The notes under the pieces are model-generated. The model worked only from the letters and a program-made list of their open reading frames with translations, ran no database searches and was not told where the DNA came from. A stretch of 63,844 nucleotides of DNA, the filler included, from Nemertoderma westbladi (Eukaryota > Animalia > Xenacoelomorpha): NCBI GenBank assembly GCA_032718475.1. It is 4 parts of 4 records of this genome, joined end to end, with 100 filler letters (N's around TTAATTAATTAA, not from the genome) between each part and the next. Parts side by side here need not be neighbours in the genome. Positions count along the whole stretch, not along the records: positions 20,639 to 44,409 come from JAUCBJ010004599.1; 3 more parts are not named here. One strand, 5' to 3'. Position 1 is the stretch's first letter. Each line of letters begins with the position of its first letter. Below, one piece after another: positions 21,450 through 34,314 of this stretch. The translations under genes and the position numbers were made by a program.

Positions 21450-23310
21450 TGTTCAGAGTTTGGTTGGTTCACATATCGTGGTTCACAGTTTGGTTGGTTC
21501 TCATATCGTGGATTCGAGTTTGGTTGGTTCACATATCGTGGATCAGAGTTTGGTTGGTTCACATATCGTGGGTCAGAGTTTGGTTGGTTCACATATCGTG
21601 GTTCAGAGTTTGGTTGGTTCTCATATCGTGGATTCGAGTTTGGTTGGTTCACATATCGTGGGTCAGAGTTTGGTTGGTTCACATATCGTGGAACATAGTT
21701 TGGTTGGTTCACATATCGTGGATTCGAGTTTGGTTGGTTCACATATCGTGGTTCAGAGTTTGTTTGGTTCACATATCGTGGGTCAGAGTTTGGTTGGTTC
21801 ACATATCGTGGTTCAGAGTTTGGTTGGTTCTCATATCGTGGATTCGAGTTTGGTTGGTTCTCATATCGTGGGTCAGAGTTTGGTTGTTTCTCATATCGTG
21901 GATTCGAGTTTGGTTGTTTCACATATCGTGGATTCGAGTTTGGTTGGTTCACATATCGTGGTTCAGAGTTTGGTTGGTTCACATATCGTGGATTCGAGTT
22001 TGGTTGGTTCACATATCGTGGTTCAGAGTTTGGTTGGTTCGAATATCGTGGATTTGATTTTGGTTGGTTCACATATCGTGGATCAGAGTTTGGTTGGTTC
22101 ACATATCGTGGTTCAGAGTTTGGTTGGTTCACATATCGTGGATTCGAGTTTGGTTGGTTCACATATCGTGGATCAGAGTTTGGTTGGTTCACATATCGTG
22201 GATTCGAGTTTGGTTGGTTCACATATCTTGGATCAGAGTTTGGTTGGTTCACATATCGTGGATTCGAGTTTGGTTGGTTCACATATCGTGGTTTAGAGTT
22301 TGGTTGGTTCACATATCGTAGATTCGAGTTTGGTTGGTTCTCATATCGTGAATTCGAGTTTGGTTGGTTCACATATCGTGGATCAGAGTTTGGTTGGTTC
22401 ACATATCGTGGTTCAGAGTTTGGTTGGTTCTCATATCGTGGGTCAGAGTTTGGTTGGTTCTCATATCGTGGTTCAGAGTTTGGTTGGTTCACATATTGTG
22501 GTTCAGAGTTTGGTTGGTTCACATATCGTGGTTCAGAGTTTGGTTGGTTCACATATCGTAGATTCGAGTTTGGTTGGTTCTCATATCGTGAATTCGAGTT
22601 TGGTTGGTTCACATATCGTGGATCAGAGTTTGGTTGGTTCACATATCGTGGTTCAGAGTTTGGTTGGTTCTCATATCGTGGGTCAGAGTTTGGTTGGTTC
22701 TCATATCGTGGGTCAGAGTTTGGTTGGTTCACATATCGTGGATTCGAGTTTGGTTGGTTCACATATCGTGGTTCAGAGTTTGGTTGGTTCACATATCGTG
22801 GTTCAGAGTTTGGTTGGTTCACATATCGTGGTTCAGAGTTTGGTTGGTTCACATATCGTGGATCAGAGTTTGGTTGGTTCACATATCGTGGTTCAGAGTT
22901 TGGTTGGTTCTCATATCGTGGGTCAGAGTTTGGTTGGTTCTCATATCGTGGTTCAGAGTTTGGTTGGTTCACATATCGTGGTTCAGAGTTTGGTTGGTTC
23001 TCATATCGTGGATTCGAGTTTGGTTGGTTCTCATATCGTGGTTCAGAGTTTGGTTGGTTCACATATTGTGGTTCAGAGTTTGGTTGGTTCACATATCGTG
23101 GATTCAGAGTTTGGTTGGTTCACATATCGTGGTTCAGATTTTGGTTGGTTCTCATATCGTGGGTCAGAGTTTGGTTGGTTCTCATATCGTGGTTCAGAGT
23201 TTGGTTGGTTCACATATCGTGGTTCAGAGTTTGGTTGGTTCACATATCGTGGATTCGAGTTTGTTTGGTTCACATATCGTGGTTCAGATTTTGGCTGATT
23301 CCCACATCGT
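21450..23310. repeat. 30-bp minisatellite, about 62 units
   Basis: gttcagagtttggttggttcacatatcgtg. Confidence 0.96.
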
Positions 23311-23604
23311 TCACATATCCTATATAATTATCAGCTTATGAGGTTTTGCTGGAATATATTCGACTATATTTAGTAGATTTCGGTAGTTGAATTCGGAAAT
23401 GATTCTCGGTGTTTTACCTATTAGAACAATAATTTAATAATTTTAATTTAAAAATAAAGTTACAATGAAGTTTGTACAAATTAAAATAAAGTTACAATGA
23501 CAATGACGATGAGATGGACTGATCTGATTAGAAAATAATTTGTAATATAAAATCAATTTAATAACCTTATAATATATTATATTTACAGTCCACTATACTA
23601 TTTC

Positions 23605-25839
23605 CTAACTGTCTTTATGTTTTTTTCTAGTTAGTAATTTAACTAAGTGGCTCTGGTTAGTTTTATTCAATAATTCACAGAATACAATAAAGTCATCATA
23701 AGGTCTCCTTTTAATGGCTTCTATTAGTTCGCTGTTCCTTTGTAAACCAGTCGGCTGATATTTGATCTGCTCAATAAGATTTTCAGTAAGAATATTTCTA
23801 CTTCTCAATAGCGGTAACAATTCACTCAGCTCCATGTTATAAACCAGTTCAACTTTATTCCTCATAAGAATATTTTCAAATTCTACATCAACATTTCCTT
23901 CTATCATATCTACTAAATGTTGTTGGTTTGTTTGTGTTAAACTATCCATAAATACTTTCATAACGAACTCTGATTTCCCTTTCAGAGATTCTATAATGGC
24001 TCGGCTCTTTAGTATTTTAGTTTCTCTTGTTTCTATAAACTGAATCTGATCATTGTTTAGTATAAAACTTTTTTCGATATATAGTAATAACTCAGTTGGT
24101 TCAAGTTTTTCTTCAATTTTTTTTGTTTCAACTTTTAAATATTCCTGATCCTTCGATTTAACTAAAAACCAAGTTTTATATTCCTGAGTTTCTATACTTG
24201 CATTATTCTCACAGGTAATTATTGGTTTACTCAAACAATCTGATAGTAGAATAAAGTGGATACAGGATTCATTGTGGCATTTATATAGGCCATGCCTTTC
24301 ACATTTATATGAACAAGGACATGTTACTTTCAATTGAAAATCAACAATATTGTTCATATTTCCAGCTGATATAAGTTCTCCCAAGCTGTCAACAATGTAA
24401 TCTTTTACTCTGTTTGCAAAATCAGAATCTGGAGGACTTATAATATTTTCGTTGCTATCAATATTATCTTTAGGTTTCATAAGAACTTTTCTTACAATTT
24501 GGACTTTTATTCTAGAAAAATGCCTTGGAGACACATATAGAATTATATCGTGATCAACATCACAGTATATAACTACAGACCGGTAGTAAAGAGTTGGTTC
24601 AGATTTAATATCTCCAATGAGATACGACCATTCTATAAGGCGTTTTACTAGTCGATAAAATAGGCCCTCAGGTAAAAAACCATTAAATGCAATAAAAAAT
24701 TCAATATCATTTGCTTTAATAGGGTAAATAGGCTGATTGGCATTTTTAAGTCTACAAGGTACATAATATGATTTATTCATTTTTGGCTTCTTTAACAATG
24801 GTTGTGATTCGTCTCCATTACCTGGCACAGTTTCTCCTATTCTTTCACGTATTAAATCAAAACGCTCTAGGATTTTTAACATAAAATTTTTTTTGAGTCC
24901 CATATTACCCCAGATATCGTCCAGTAGATCCCAGTGCAATATACCTTTGTCATCCAAATCTTCAAAATATTTCAAATTTTTCCAATTGATATGTTCTTTG
25001 ACTGTAATAATACTGGCAAACATTGAACATTGAACCTCTGGTTTCAATATAATTGTATCACGCAACGATTCTTCATCAAAATAGATAATTCTACCTCTAT
25101 CATGGTAAAATTCTAACATTGTCTTTAAACCGGGGTATTCAAATTCTACTTTTATTTCCTTTAACTTACATTCTAAATCTATAATATCAATATAGACGTC
25201 ATCATTTTTAAGTAATTGAGTTATAAGTTTTTCAAATTTTAAATAATCCAAAGGAATTTCTTCCTTAAATTTGTCCATTTCTTTAACAATTTCTAGCTGT
25301 AAGTTTTGAAGTTCTTCATCTGAATCTGATCTTGCCTCTTTGCTATTTTCCACAGCAAAATGCTTCTTTAACTAAAATATTGCAATGCAATGTGGACTTT
25401 AATAGTCGGAAAATTTCTTTAAACTTTTTACGAGCTAAAATGTTCTGAGTTTCTGGATCTTCATGCAAACTGGCTTTCTTTGTTCCAACTAAGAATACTG
25501 GAGGACCAGAAATGTTTGCGCCACTTTCTGAATTATTTTTACCAAATGTAAATATATTGCGCAACCAAAAATCAATAAATTCTATATTAGTCATCTCGCT
25601 ATATATCTTATTTATATTCTCTTCATCGGCTCTGAATATAATGTTGGCCGTTTAATCAGCATCTTGGGTCAGATCAAAAACAACTATATAAATAGCCCGT
25701 CTACTTAGAAACATCTGATGGGTTGTGTAATAAATACATTGGCTACCAAAATCGACTATCTGTAGAGAAAAGCGACTGTCTTCCTCATTAAATTTAGCCA
25801 GAAAATCTTGAGGTTTACCAGATAATAATATATCCTCTA
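23605..25839 (-). pseudogene. Disrupted Roco paralog: C-terminal half of Roc, COR, Cys/His motif, two CARD-like domains
   Basis: IVDFGSQCIYYTTHQMFL, FLVGTKK, MLEFYHDRGRIIYF..IILKPE, YYVPCRL, FLPEGLFYRL; in-frame TAA at 25652-25654, frameshift near 25365, no P-loop. Confidence 0.75.
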
Positions 25840-25847
25840 GGATAAAC

Positions 25848-26990
25848 GGACAATAGGGTGGACAATAGGCGGGACAATAGGCGGGACAATAGGCGGGACA
25901 ATAGCCGGGACAATTGGCGGGACAATAGGCGGGACAATAGGCGGGACAATAGGCGGAACAATAGGAGGGACAATAGGCAGGACAATATGCGGGACAATAG
26001 GCGGGACAATAGGCAGGACAATAGGCGGGACAATAGGCGGGACAATAGGCGGGACAATAGGCGGGACAATAGGCGGGACAATAGGCGGGACAATAGGCGG
26101 GACAATAGGCGGGACAATAGGCGGGACAATAAGCGTGACAATATGCAGGACACAAGGTGGGACAATAGGCGGGACAATAGGCGGGACAATAGGCGGGAAA
26201 ATAGGCGGGATAATAGGCGGGACAATAGGCGGGACAATAGGCGGGACAATAGGCGGGACAATAGCCGGGACAATTGGCAGGACAATAGGCGGGACAATAG
26301 CCGGGACAATTGGCGGGACAATAGGAGGGACAATAGGCGGGACAATAGGCGGGACAATAGGCAGGACAATAGGCGGGACAATAGGCGGGACAATATGCGG
26401 ACAATAGGCGGGACAATAGGCGGGGCAATAGGCGGGACAATAGGCTGGACAATAGGCGGGACAATAGGCGGGACAATAGGCGGGACAATAGGCGGGACAA
26501 TAGGCGGGACAATAAGCGGGACAATAGGCGGGACAATAGGCGGGAAAATAGGCGGGACAATAGGCGGAACAATAGGAGGGACAATAGGCGGGACAATAGG
26601 CGGGAAAATAGGCGGGACAATAGCCGGGACAATTGGCGGGACAATAGGCGGGACAATAGCCGGGACAATTGGCGGGACAATAGGCGGGACAATAGGCGGG
26701 ACAATAGGCGGAACAATAGGAGGGACAATAGGCAGGACAATATGCGGGACAATAGGCGGGACAATAGGCAGGACAATAGGCGGGACAATAGGCGGGACAA
26801 TAGGCGGGACAATAGGCGGGACAATAGGCGGGACAATAGGCGGGACAATAGGCGGGACAAAAGGCAGGACAATAGGCGGGACAATAGGCGGGACAATAGG
26901 CGGGACAATAGGCGGGACAATAGGCGGGACAATAGGCGGGACAATAAGCGGGTCAATAGGTGGGAAAATAGGCGGGACAATAGGGACAAT
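25848..26990. repeat. 12-bp minisatellite (ggcgggacaata), about 95 units, between the two Roco copies
   Basis: Direct inspection. Confidence 0.96.
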
Positions 26991-27090
26991 ATGTATTTCG
27001 TGGTTAGTTACATTTGAGACAGAATTACACATTATACAAATTTCTCGTAAATTACTCAACTAAATTACTCAACTAAATTACTCAACTAAA

Positions 27091-30000
27091 TTACTCATTA
27101 TCAGAAATATCTTGAAATAGATTTACCAAATGTCCCTGTTCTGTATCAACTAATCCGTCACAGAATATCTTAAAGTCACTATAAGGACGTTTTTTTAGTT
27201 GCTCAATAAGTTCGTTATTCTTTTCTCTATCAGTCGTCTTAGAATTAATATTCTCAATAACAAATTGGTTTACAACGAATTTAGCTTGTAGGTATATAAT
27301 TAGTTCTGGTAGAATAAGCATTTCAGATAATTCATATTGATTTTTTGTTAACATAATTTTGTGGTGGTGTCGGTCGAATTTAATTTCAGATTTAATGTCT
27401 TCTAAAAACAAAAATAATTCAGCTATATGTTCCTGTCCTGTCTCCATCAAACTATTACAGAATAGTTGGAAATCTTTGTAAGGTCGTTTCTTTATGAAGT
27501 TTACAAGTTCGCTGTTTCTTTCTATTGAAGTTGTCTTTGAATTAATTGATTGTACCATAAAATCATTCACAACAAATTTACTATATAAAACGATAAGCAA
27601 TTCATCGAGTTCAATATTTTTTGCCAAGACATATTGAAGACGAGTCAGCATATATTGGTGTTGTCTATTAAAAGATACTTCCGTTTTTGAGTTTTCCAGA
27701 AATAAAAATAGTTCAGCTAAATGTCTCTGATTGGTCACTTTCAGTCCCTCACAGAATATCAGAAACTCACTGTAACTACGACCTTTAATTTCATTAATTA
27801 GCAAATTGTTCCGATCAGCTGTTGTTCGTTCGGATTGTATTAAATCCACAACTGATTTATTCAGAACAGATTCACTCTGTAAATATATCAACAGTTCGCC
27901 AATCTCTAAATCTTCAGCTAGTCTCTGTTGTAGGTCATTGAGTTTGCTACAATGGAATGCTTCTATTTCTTGGGTTAATTTAGTTTCTGTAAACCATTTT
28001 TGATACTGATATGTTTTCACTTTTAGACGACTTTGGTCACAAAGAACCTCATTATTTGTTAGACAATTCTCGAGACAAAGAAAATGAATACAAGACATAT
28101 CCCCACAATCGTTTAACTTGTGACTTACACAACATGCATTACAATAGCATCTCACTTTCAAACGAAACCCTATGTTACATTGTCTACCAATAAAATTCGT
28201 TAAAATTTCTTTTATTTGCTCTTTAAATCGAGTAGCTATTTCTCGGTCAGGACCTGAAATAGACTCAACTTTATGGTGAATCAAAATAATTGGTCTTCTT
28301 ATTAATTGAACTTTTATCCTGTAAAGATGAGGCGGAGCCTTTTCAATAACAATTTCGTGATCTAAATCCAGATATATTTGACTAAATCTATGAAACAATT
28401 TTGGTTCAATTTCTCGGTCACCATTTGCATAACACCATTCTATAGTGTGTTTTACCAACTTAAAGTATAAACTCTCTGGAAGGAAACCATCAAATTCTAT
28501 ATAAAATTCAACGTCATTTTCTGTGATTGGAAATCCATCTATTTCCTCCATAGGTTTAAGTCTGCAAGGTACATAGTATGATGACATCATAGCAACACCT
28601 GTTGTTGGTGATGTGTTTTTATTTGTAATTGCAGGAATTCTCTCACACAATAAATCAAATCGTTCTAGAATATTTAACACAAACAGAATTTTAGATGGTT
28701 CAGTAATATCCCACCATATATAATCAACAAGTTCCTTGTGTAATATTCCTCTATCGTCTAGATCCTTCCATAATTTAATATGTTCAGGTTTTATTTTGTC
28801 TACTACCGTTATTATTCTTTTAAACATACCGCTCAACCACTCTGGGTTCAATATAACTGTATTTCTCAATGATTCGTCATCAAAGTAAATTATTGTCCCC
28901 AAATCGTGGTGGAAATTCAACATTGTTTTCAAACCTGAACCTTCAAAAACAACTCCGATCTCCGTTAATAAATTATCCAAGTCCATCACATCAACACAAA
29001 TTTTATCACGAACTAATAATTTAGTGACCAGCTGTTGAAACTTAAGATATTGTAAAGGTATTTCTTCCTTATATTTAACCATTTCTTCTACAATTTCTTT
29101 CTGTAGCGCTTCAAGTTCCTTATCACCTACAGACCTCAGTTCCGGATCATTCTCAATAGCAAAATAATTTCTAACAAGTTTTTTATACGACATTTTATTT
29201 ATAAAAGTTAAAATATTAGTGAATTGATTTCTTACGAAACCAGTTTTTATTTTTGGATCGCATTTATTGGTTCCAACAATAAATACTGGAGGTGCAGTAG
29301 TTTCAGGAACGCAAAATAATTTGTTGCTAAATGTGAAAATATTACGGAACCAAAAATCAATAAAATCTATATTCTTCATATCACCATAAACTTTGTAAAT
29401 ATTTTCATCTTCAGCTCCCACTATAATTTCAGCCTGATCAGAAAGTTCATGCGAAAGATTAAACACAACGATATAAATAGCCCGTCTACTTAGAAACATC
29501 TGATGGGTTGTGTAATAAATACATTGGCCACCAAAATCGACTATCTGTAGAGAAAAGCGACTGTCTTCCTCATTAAATTTAGCCAGAATATCTTGAGGTT
29601 TACCAGATAACAATATATCCTCTATACCTTTTGTGACTTCTGAAGGGATATCATATTTATTGTCCTCAAATTTTGATTCATGTGGCGTTACGACTTTTCC
29701 GCTATCAGATATATTTCCTCTTTCGCTATCTACTGAAATATCTTCTCTGATTTCCTTGCTGCTTTCTATTTTAATAATTCTATTCTTTTTTTTTTTTTTT
29801 CTATTTTTTTTTTTTCTTTTATCATAAGAACTGGTGCTATTATTCATGTCTCTATCGCTATTTTCACCAGATATTACTGATAAAGTTGATTGGATGCCAT
29901 CAGTGTATATTTTTTCACTGTCCACATTAGAAGCATCTTCTTGAACTTTGAATTCTAGAACACTTTTTGCAACTTTCTTTGCAACAGCATTATCTGGATC

Positions 30001-30741
30001 AGCCTCTAATGTATCAACATTCTTTAAATTAGTCCAGACTGTGTGTTTATCAGTATCTATAACACAATTAGCCACTGAATCAATACCATCTGTTATTGGT
30101 TCATTAATATCAAACGGTTGACCAATAAGGGCCTTCTTCAAGCTAGTTTTACCAGCCCTCTCTTGTCCCACTAACATTAACCGGGTTTTCAATATCCATG
30201 TAGTCCCTTTAGAAAGAGCTGCTTTATAAGCAGCCAATGCTTCTGGCCCTCTCGCCAGTATCTCTACAGGCAGTTTTTGTTCTTTTATATAATTAATTAA
30301 AAATTTTGGAAGTCTCATTCTATTTGTTCCACTTATATTCATAATCATAAGTCCCATGTCTCTGAATTTATTAAAAATTTCTATTGTTGAAACTTCATCT
30401 AAACCCCAAATACTAACCAGATTCTGGGTTGTTAACTCAGAAATATCTGCATCCAGTCTAAAGTAAAGTTCTTTCTCTTTATCTGAAAGAACATCAACAG
30501 TAGATATAATTATATCAGTTATCTTACCCTGGAGTGGTTTATTTATAGGACCAACCCATCCAATATACTCAACAATTTCCTTTAATTCTTCAGTTTTCTC
30601 CAATATCTTTTCCACCTGTTTGATACTTTTCTTTGTTTCAGTTTGACCTTCACGGAACGTATCAATTACTGTAATTGTGCCGCCAACATCTCCTGTATAA
30701 AGTATAATTATTGTTAAGCTGTCTTTCAACTGAGTTGACAT
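27091..30741 (-). CDS. Roco-family protein: putative winged helix, Roc GTPase, COR, Cys/His motif, three CARD-like repeats; probably one large terminal exon starting at acceptor 30692
   Basis: G1 LVGQERAGKTSL, G2 ITDGID, G3 IVDFGGQ..YYTTHQMFL, G4 VGTNKCD; COR motif LNFHHDLGTIIYF..VILNPEWL; three repeats of L..LLIYLQS..VL....I.S..T..RN..L...IK.R.Y..F..FC..L..T.Q.HLA.LF; tttatacag|GA acceptor. Confidence 0.85.
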   Translation of the reverse strand: MSTQLKDSLTIIILYTGDVGGTITVIDTFREGQTETKKSIKQVEKILEKTEELKEIVEYIGWVGPINKPLQGKITDIIISTVDVLSDKEKELYFRLDADISELTTQNLVSIWGLDEVSTIEIFNKFRDMGLMIMNISGTNRMRLPKFLINYIKEQKLPVEILARGPEALAAYKAALSKGTTWILKTRLMLVGQERAGKTSLKKALIGQPFDINEPITDGIDSVANCVIDTDKHTVWTNLKNVDTLEADPDNAVAKKVAKSVLEFKVQEDASNVDSEKIYTDGIQSTLSVISGENSDRDMNNSTSSYDKRKKKNRKKKKKNRIIKIESSKEIREDISVDSERGNISDSGKVVTPHESKFEDNKYDIPSEVTKGIEDILLSGKPQDILAKFNEEDSRFSLQIVDFGGQCIYYTTHQMFLSRRAIYIVVFNLSHELSDQAEIIVGAEDENIYKVYGDMKNIDFIDFWFRNIFTFSNKLFCVPETTAPPVFIVGTNKCDPKIKTGFVRNQFTNILTFINKMSYKKLVRNYFAIENDPELRSVGDKELEALQKEIVEEMVKYKEEIPLQYLKFQQLVTKLLVRDKICVDVMDLDNLLTEIGVVFEGSGLKTMLNFHHDLGTIIYFDDESLRNTVILNPEWLSGMFKRIITVVDKIKPEHIKLWKDLDDRGILHKELVDYIWWDITEPSKILFVLNILERFDLLCERIPAITNKNTSPTTGVAMMSSYYVPCRLKPMEEIDGFPITENDVEFYIEFDGFLPESLYFKLVKHTIEWCYANGDREIEPKLFHRFSQIYLDLDHEIVIEKAPPHLYRIKVQLIRRPIILIHHKVESISGPDREIATRFKEQIKEILTNFIGRQCNIGFRLKVRCYCNACCVSHKLNDCGDMSCIHFLCLENCLTNNEVLCDQSRLKVKTYQYQKWFTETKLTQEIEAFHCSKLNDLQQRLAEDLEIGELLIYLQSESVLNKSVVDLIQSERTTADRNNLLINEIKGRSYSEFLIFCEGLKVTNQRHLAELFLFLENSKTEVSFNRQHQYMLTRLQYVLAKNIELDELLIVLYSKFVVNDFMVQSINSKTTSIERNSELVNFIKKRPYKDFQLFCNSLMETGQEHIAELFLFLEDIKSEIKFDRHHHKIMLTKNQYELSEMLILPELIIYLQAKFVVNQFVIENINSKTTDREKNNELIEQLKKRPYSDFKIFCDGLVDTEQGHLVNLFQDISDNE

Positions 30742-31016
30742 CCAATATTACGATGAAAAATTCTGGGTTGGAGCAAATTAAATTTTATTAATCAAATTAC
30801 AAATATAATTATAAATATATTTCGTTAGGCTCTCCAGTATGCACCTACGGTCCCTATAAGTTTCCCTGCCTATGTCTTCTGTTTTTTGGTTACAACATTT
30901 ATTCTGTTTTTAGTGCAATTTTCAACAGTGATATCAAGCCGTACGTTACGTTAGTCAATTCTGCAATTTATATTAGAATCCTATGCAATGTCTTGCAATG
31001 CATTGCAATGTCCTGC

Positions 31017-31778
31017 AATATAAACAACTATTAATATAAACAACTACCCGCGATACTGTATACTGTTAATATAAACAACTACCCGCGATACTGTATACTG
31101 TTAATATAAACAACTACCCGCGATATACTGTTAATATAAACAACTACCCGCGATACAGTATACTGTTAATATAAACAACTAACCGCGATACTGTATACTG
31201 TTAATATAAACAACTACCCGCGATACTGTATACTGTTAATATAAACAACTACCCGCGATACTGTATACTGTTAATATAAACAACTACCCGCGATACTGTA
31301 TACTGTTAATATAAACAACTACCCGCGATACTGTATACTGTTAATATAAACAACTACCCGCGATACTGTATACTGTTAATATAAACAACTACCCGCGATA
31401 CTGTATACTGTTAATATAAACAACTACCCGCGATACTGTATACTGTTAATATAAACAACTACCCGCGATATTGTATACTGTTAATATAAACAACTACCCA
31501 CGATACTGTATACTGTTAATATATACAACTACCCGCGATATTGTATACTGTTAATATAAACAACTACCCGCGATATACTGTTAATATAAACAACTACCCG
31601 CGATACTGTATACTGTTAATATAAACAACTACCTGCGATACTGTATACTGTTAATATAAACAACTACCCGCGATACTGTATGCTGTTAATATAAACAACT
31701 ACCCGCGATACTGTATACTGTTAATATAAACAACTACCCGCGATACTGTATACTGTTAATATAAAACAACTACCCGCG
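31017..31778. repeat. 35-bp minisatellite, about 21 units
   Basis: tgttaatataaacaactacccgcgatactgtatac. Confidence 0.95.
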
Positions 31779-31845
31779 AGATGTGCTCGAGAATAGTCTC
31801 CAATACTCCGCCATCACTAACAGTAGCACCCAATCCTACTGACGA

Positions 31846-32678
31846 TGTCAACTACCTATTATGCATTTATATAGAGTTACAATATCTTTATTATCTTTAA
31901 CTAAGAGTATTATATTTTGCCTTAGAGCTTTTCATAGTTTATGACTCGCCCCACATATATTTCTATTTGTGCATTTTATTACAGCTGTCTCCTTATAATA
32001 GAAACAGCGCAACCTTATGTTTGTATTACCTTATATGGTAGGATTACTGTCCTGTTCCCTGATTGGCTTATCCATCCCAACCTCCGTAATATCAGGAATC
32101 TGTTCTGCCTAGCTGGCATCATTATTATTGATCAGCAGTCAGAACATCATACTGGTACTGCAGTACTGACGTACTGTATGCATACAGACAGTCAGACACC
32201 GGAAGCAGTCAATCAGGGGTAAGAAGCTCCATGATCTTTCAATAGTATAATATAGTATAGTATAGTATAATATAGAATAGTATAGTAACATAGTTATATT
32301 ATAGTTCTTATTATAGTTCTCATTATACTGTATCTCTTATTATAGTTCTTAGTTATAGTTGTTCTATAATTTAGATTGGTTACTTTATATAGTTATATCT
32401 GTATATGCTGCTACAGTATTTGTAAAGTCCGATATATTACATGTATTATGTAACTGTAACATTCTGACATTCATGTACCAGTTTCTATACATCAATATAA
32501 CTATCTCAACATATCTTTCTGTCTTTGTACAAGCAATAATTTCAATACAATTATATCACAGTATCAGTTTATATTATTCATAATTTTTCAACTGTAATAA
32601 TCAGACAATTGCAGGACATGGCAAACCTTCTGTGCTGTAAGATTTCACCCCTGTAAGTTGTGGCATTGCACACCCACA
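31846..32678 (+). repeat. 5' LTR (833 bp)
   Basis: TGTCAACTACC...CACCCACA, preceded by GACGA; homologous to 36695-37503. Confidence 0.9.
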
Positions 32679-34314
32679 ATCTTGAAAGATCTTTTTTCCG
32701 TTTCATACCTTCCATGTCCGTATACGGTACTTTTGTACCGTACTAGGCAGCTAGGCCTACCGTATGCCGTACAGCCGTACCGGTCAGCCGGTACCTATGG
32801 TCTAATGTTGTAGCACAGTAGCTAATTACCAATTACTGAATTACTGTATTGAATTTTATATGTACCGATTCCTATATTTCTGTCAGTCCTGCAGTCCGTT
32901 ACAGTCAGACGGTAGGCTGGTAGGTCAACTAGTACCGGTACCGGTACAGTGCTGTGTTTTGGTTAGTTCACTTCACTCTATTGCTGTATTGTTCTATCAA
33001 TACGGTACTGTAAATAGATAGGCTACCACTGTAAATCTTAATAACCGAACAGTCTTAGTACAGTAGTACAACAGTCTGACAGTAGGCTAAGCCTACATTA
33101 TTATTTTTTGTTCTAAATTGTATCCGGTGTCTGCCTGACTGTATGTATGTATGTACTGTGTACTGATGTATCTATCTAATGCAGTAATGTTGTGTCAGTT
33201 AATTTTAACTGACAGACTGGTAGATAAGTGCTACCCATACCAGTATGCATTTGTAGACATTAGTTCTACCTTTTGTTTCGTTTATTTCCATGTGTAGATA
33301 TTGCTGGTTCTTCATCCTGACATCTACCTACAACCTACCATATGTATTTGTAGACATTTGTTCTACATTTAGTACATTTTCTTGTAGATATTGGTTTTCA
33401 TCTACCGTTTGAATTTGTAGACATTAGTTCTACCTTTTGTTACTCAGTAAGTAGGCCTATTTCTGTGGACAAGTTTTACAATTGGTATTAGGCCACTCAT
33501 TAGTAAGTTACATTTTCTACAATATTATTCTTACTGTAGTATTGACTTAGTCGTACAATTGTACGCATATTTGCACATGCACATATTGTTGTGCCATCAG
33601 CATTTAAAAAATCCGACATATTGCCTTGTATACATTCTGCCTGGTGATATATATTTTCTGCTACCAGGCTACTGTATCATTGTACTTTTACCTACTAACA
33701 GGACGACTCTATCTACTTTACACCGACTGACTAACATTCACATTTGGATAATTTACATTTGTTTCCAGCATCGGTTGTTAGTGGGGCCTAGCTACCCCCA
33801 TTCATATTTATTCCGGTACTGTTAATAATTTGTGAATGTCCTACCTGACTGCCTGACTTGACATTGACCATTTCTTATCTTCTGATCTGTTTGACTCTAG
33901 TACAGTATAAAGCAGAAAATACAACATTTTTGATTATTTTTCTTTAAAATAGTCCATAACAATTCTGTGAAGCAACAGTCCATTAACTTGACTGTTCTAA
34001 TCACTGACTCCGTCCATTGTAATGATTGTTTTGCACAGAGTATATATACCTTAATTTATTAATTTCCATCCTTTCAGTTATTTTAGGCATATTTTGTATA
34101 ATATAGGCTGATAGGCTAATACTGAGTTAACAACTCTTATTTATGGTTTATTTGGCAATTAGTAAATCATAATATATTTCCTATATTGTATGCAACATAT
34201 ATATCTATATACTGCTCTAAGTTAACAGCCTATTATTTAATATATTCATTACAGTCTATTCAATTTACTTAATTTATTAGGTCTGCTCAAGCAGTAAACT
34301 TATACAAAATTGAA

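Noticed and set aside
21380-23341. 556-aa NQPNSEPRYV protein and overlapping ORFs
   Set aside because: Stop-free 30-bp satellite open in several frames, with no unique coding flanks.
25652-27063. LLSR / IVPP / RRDN repeat proteins
   Set aside because: 12-bp satellite translations; only the last roughly 60 codons of the 25652-26989 ORF are Roco-derived.
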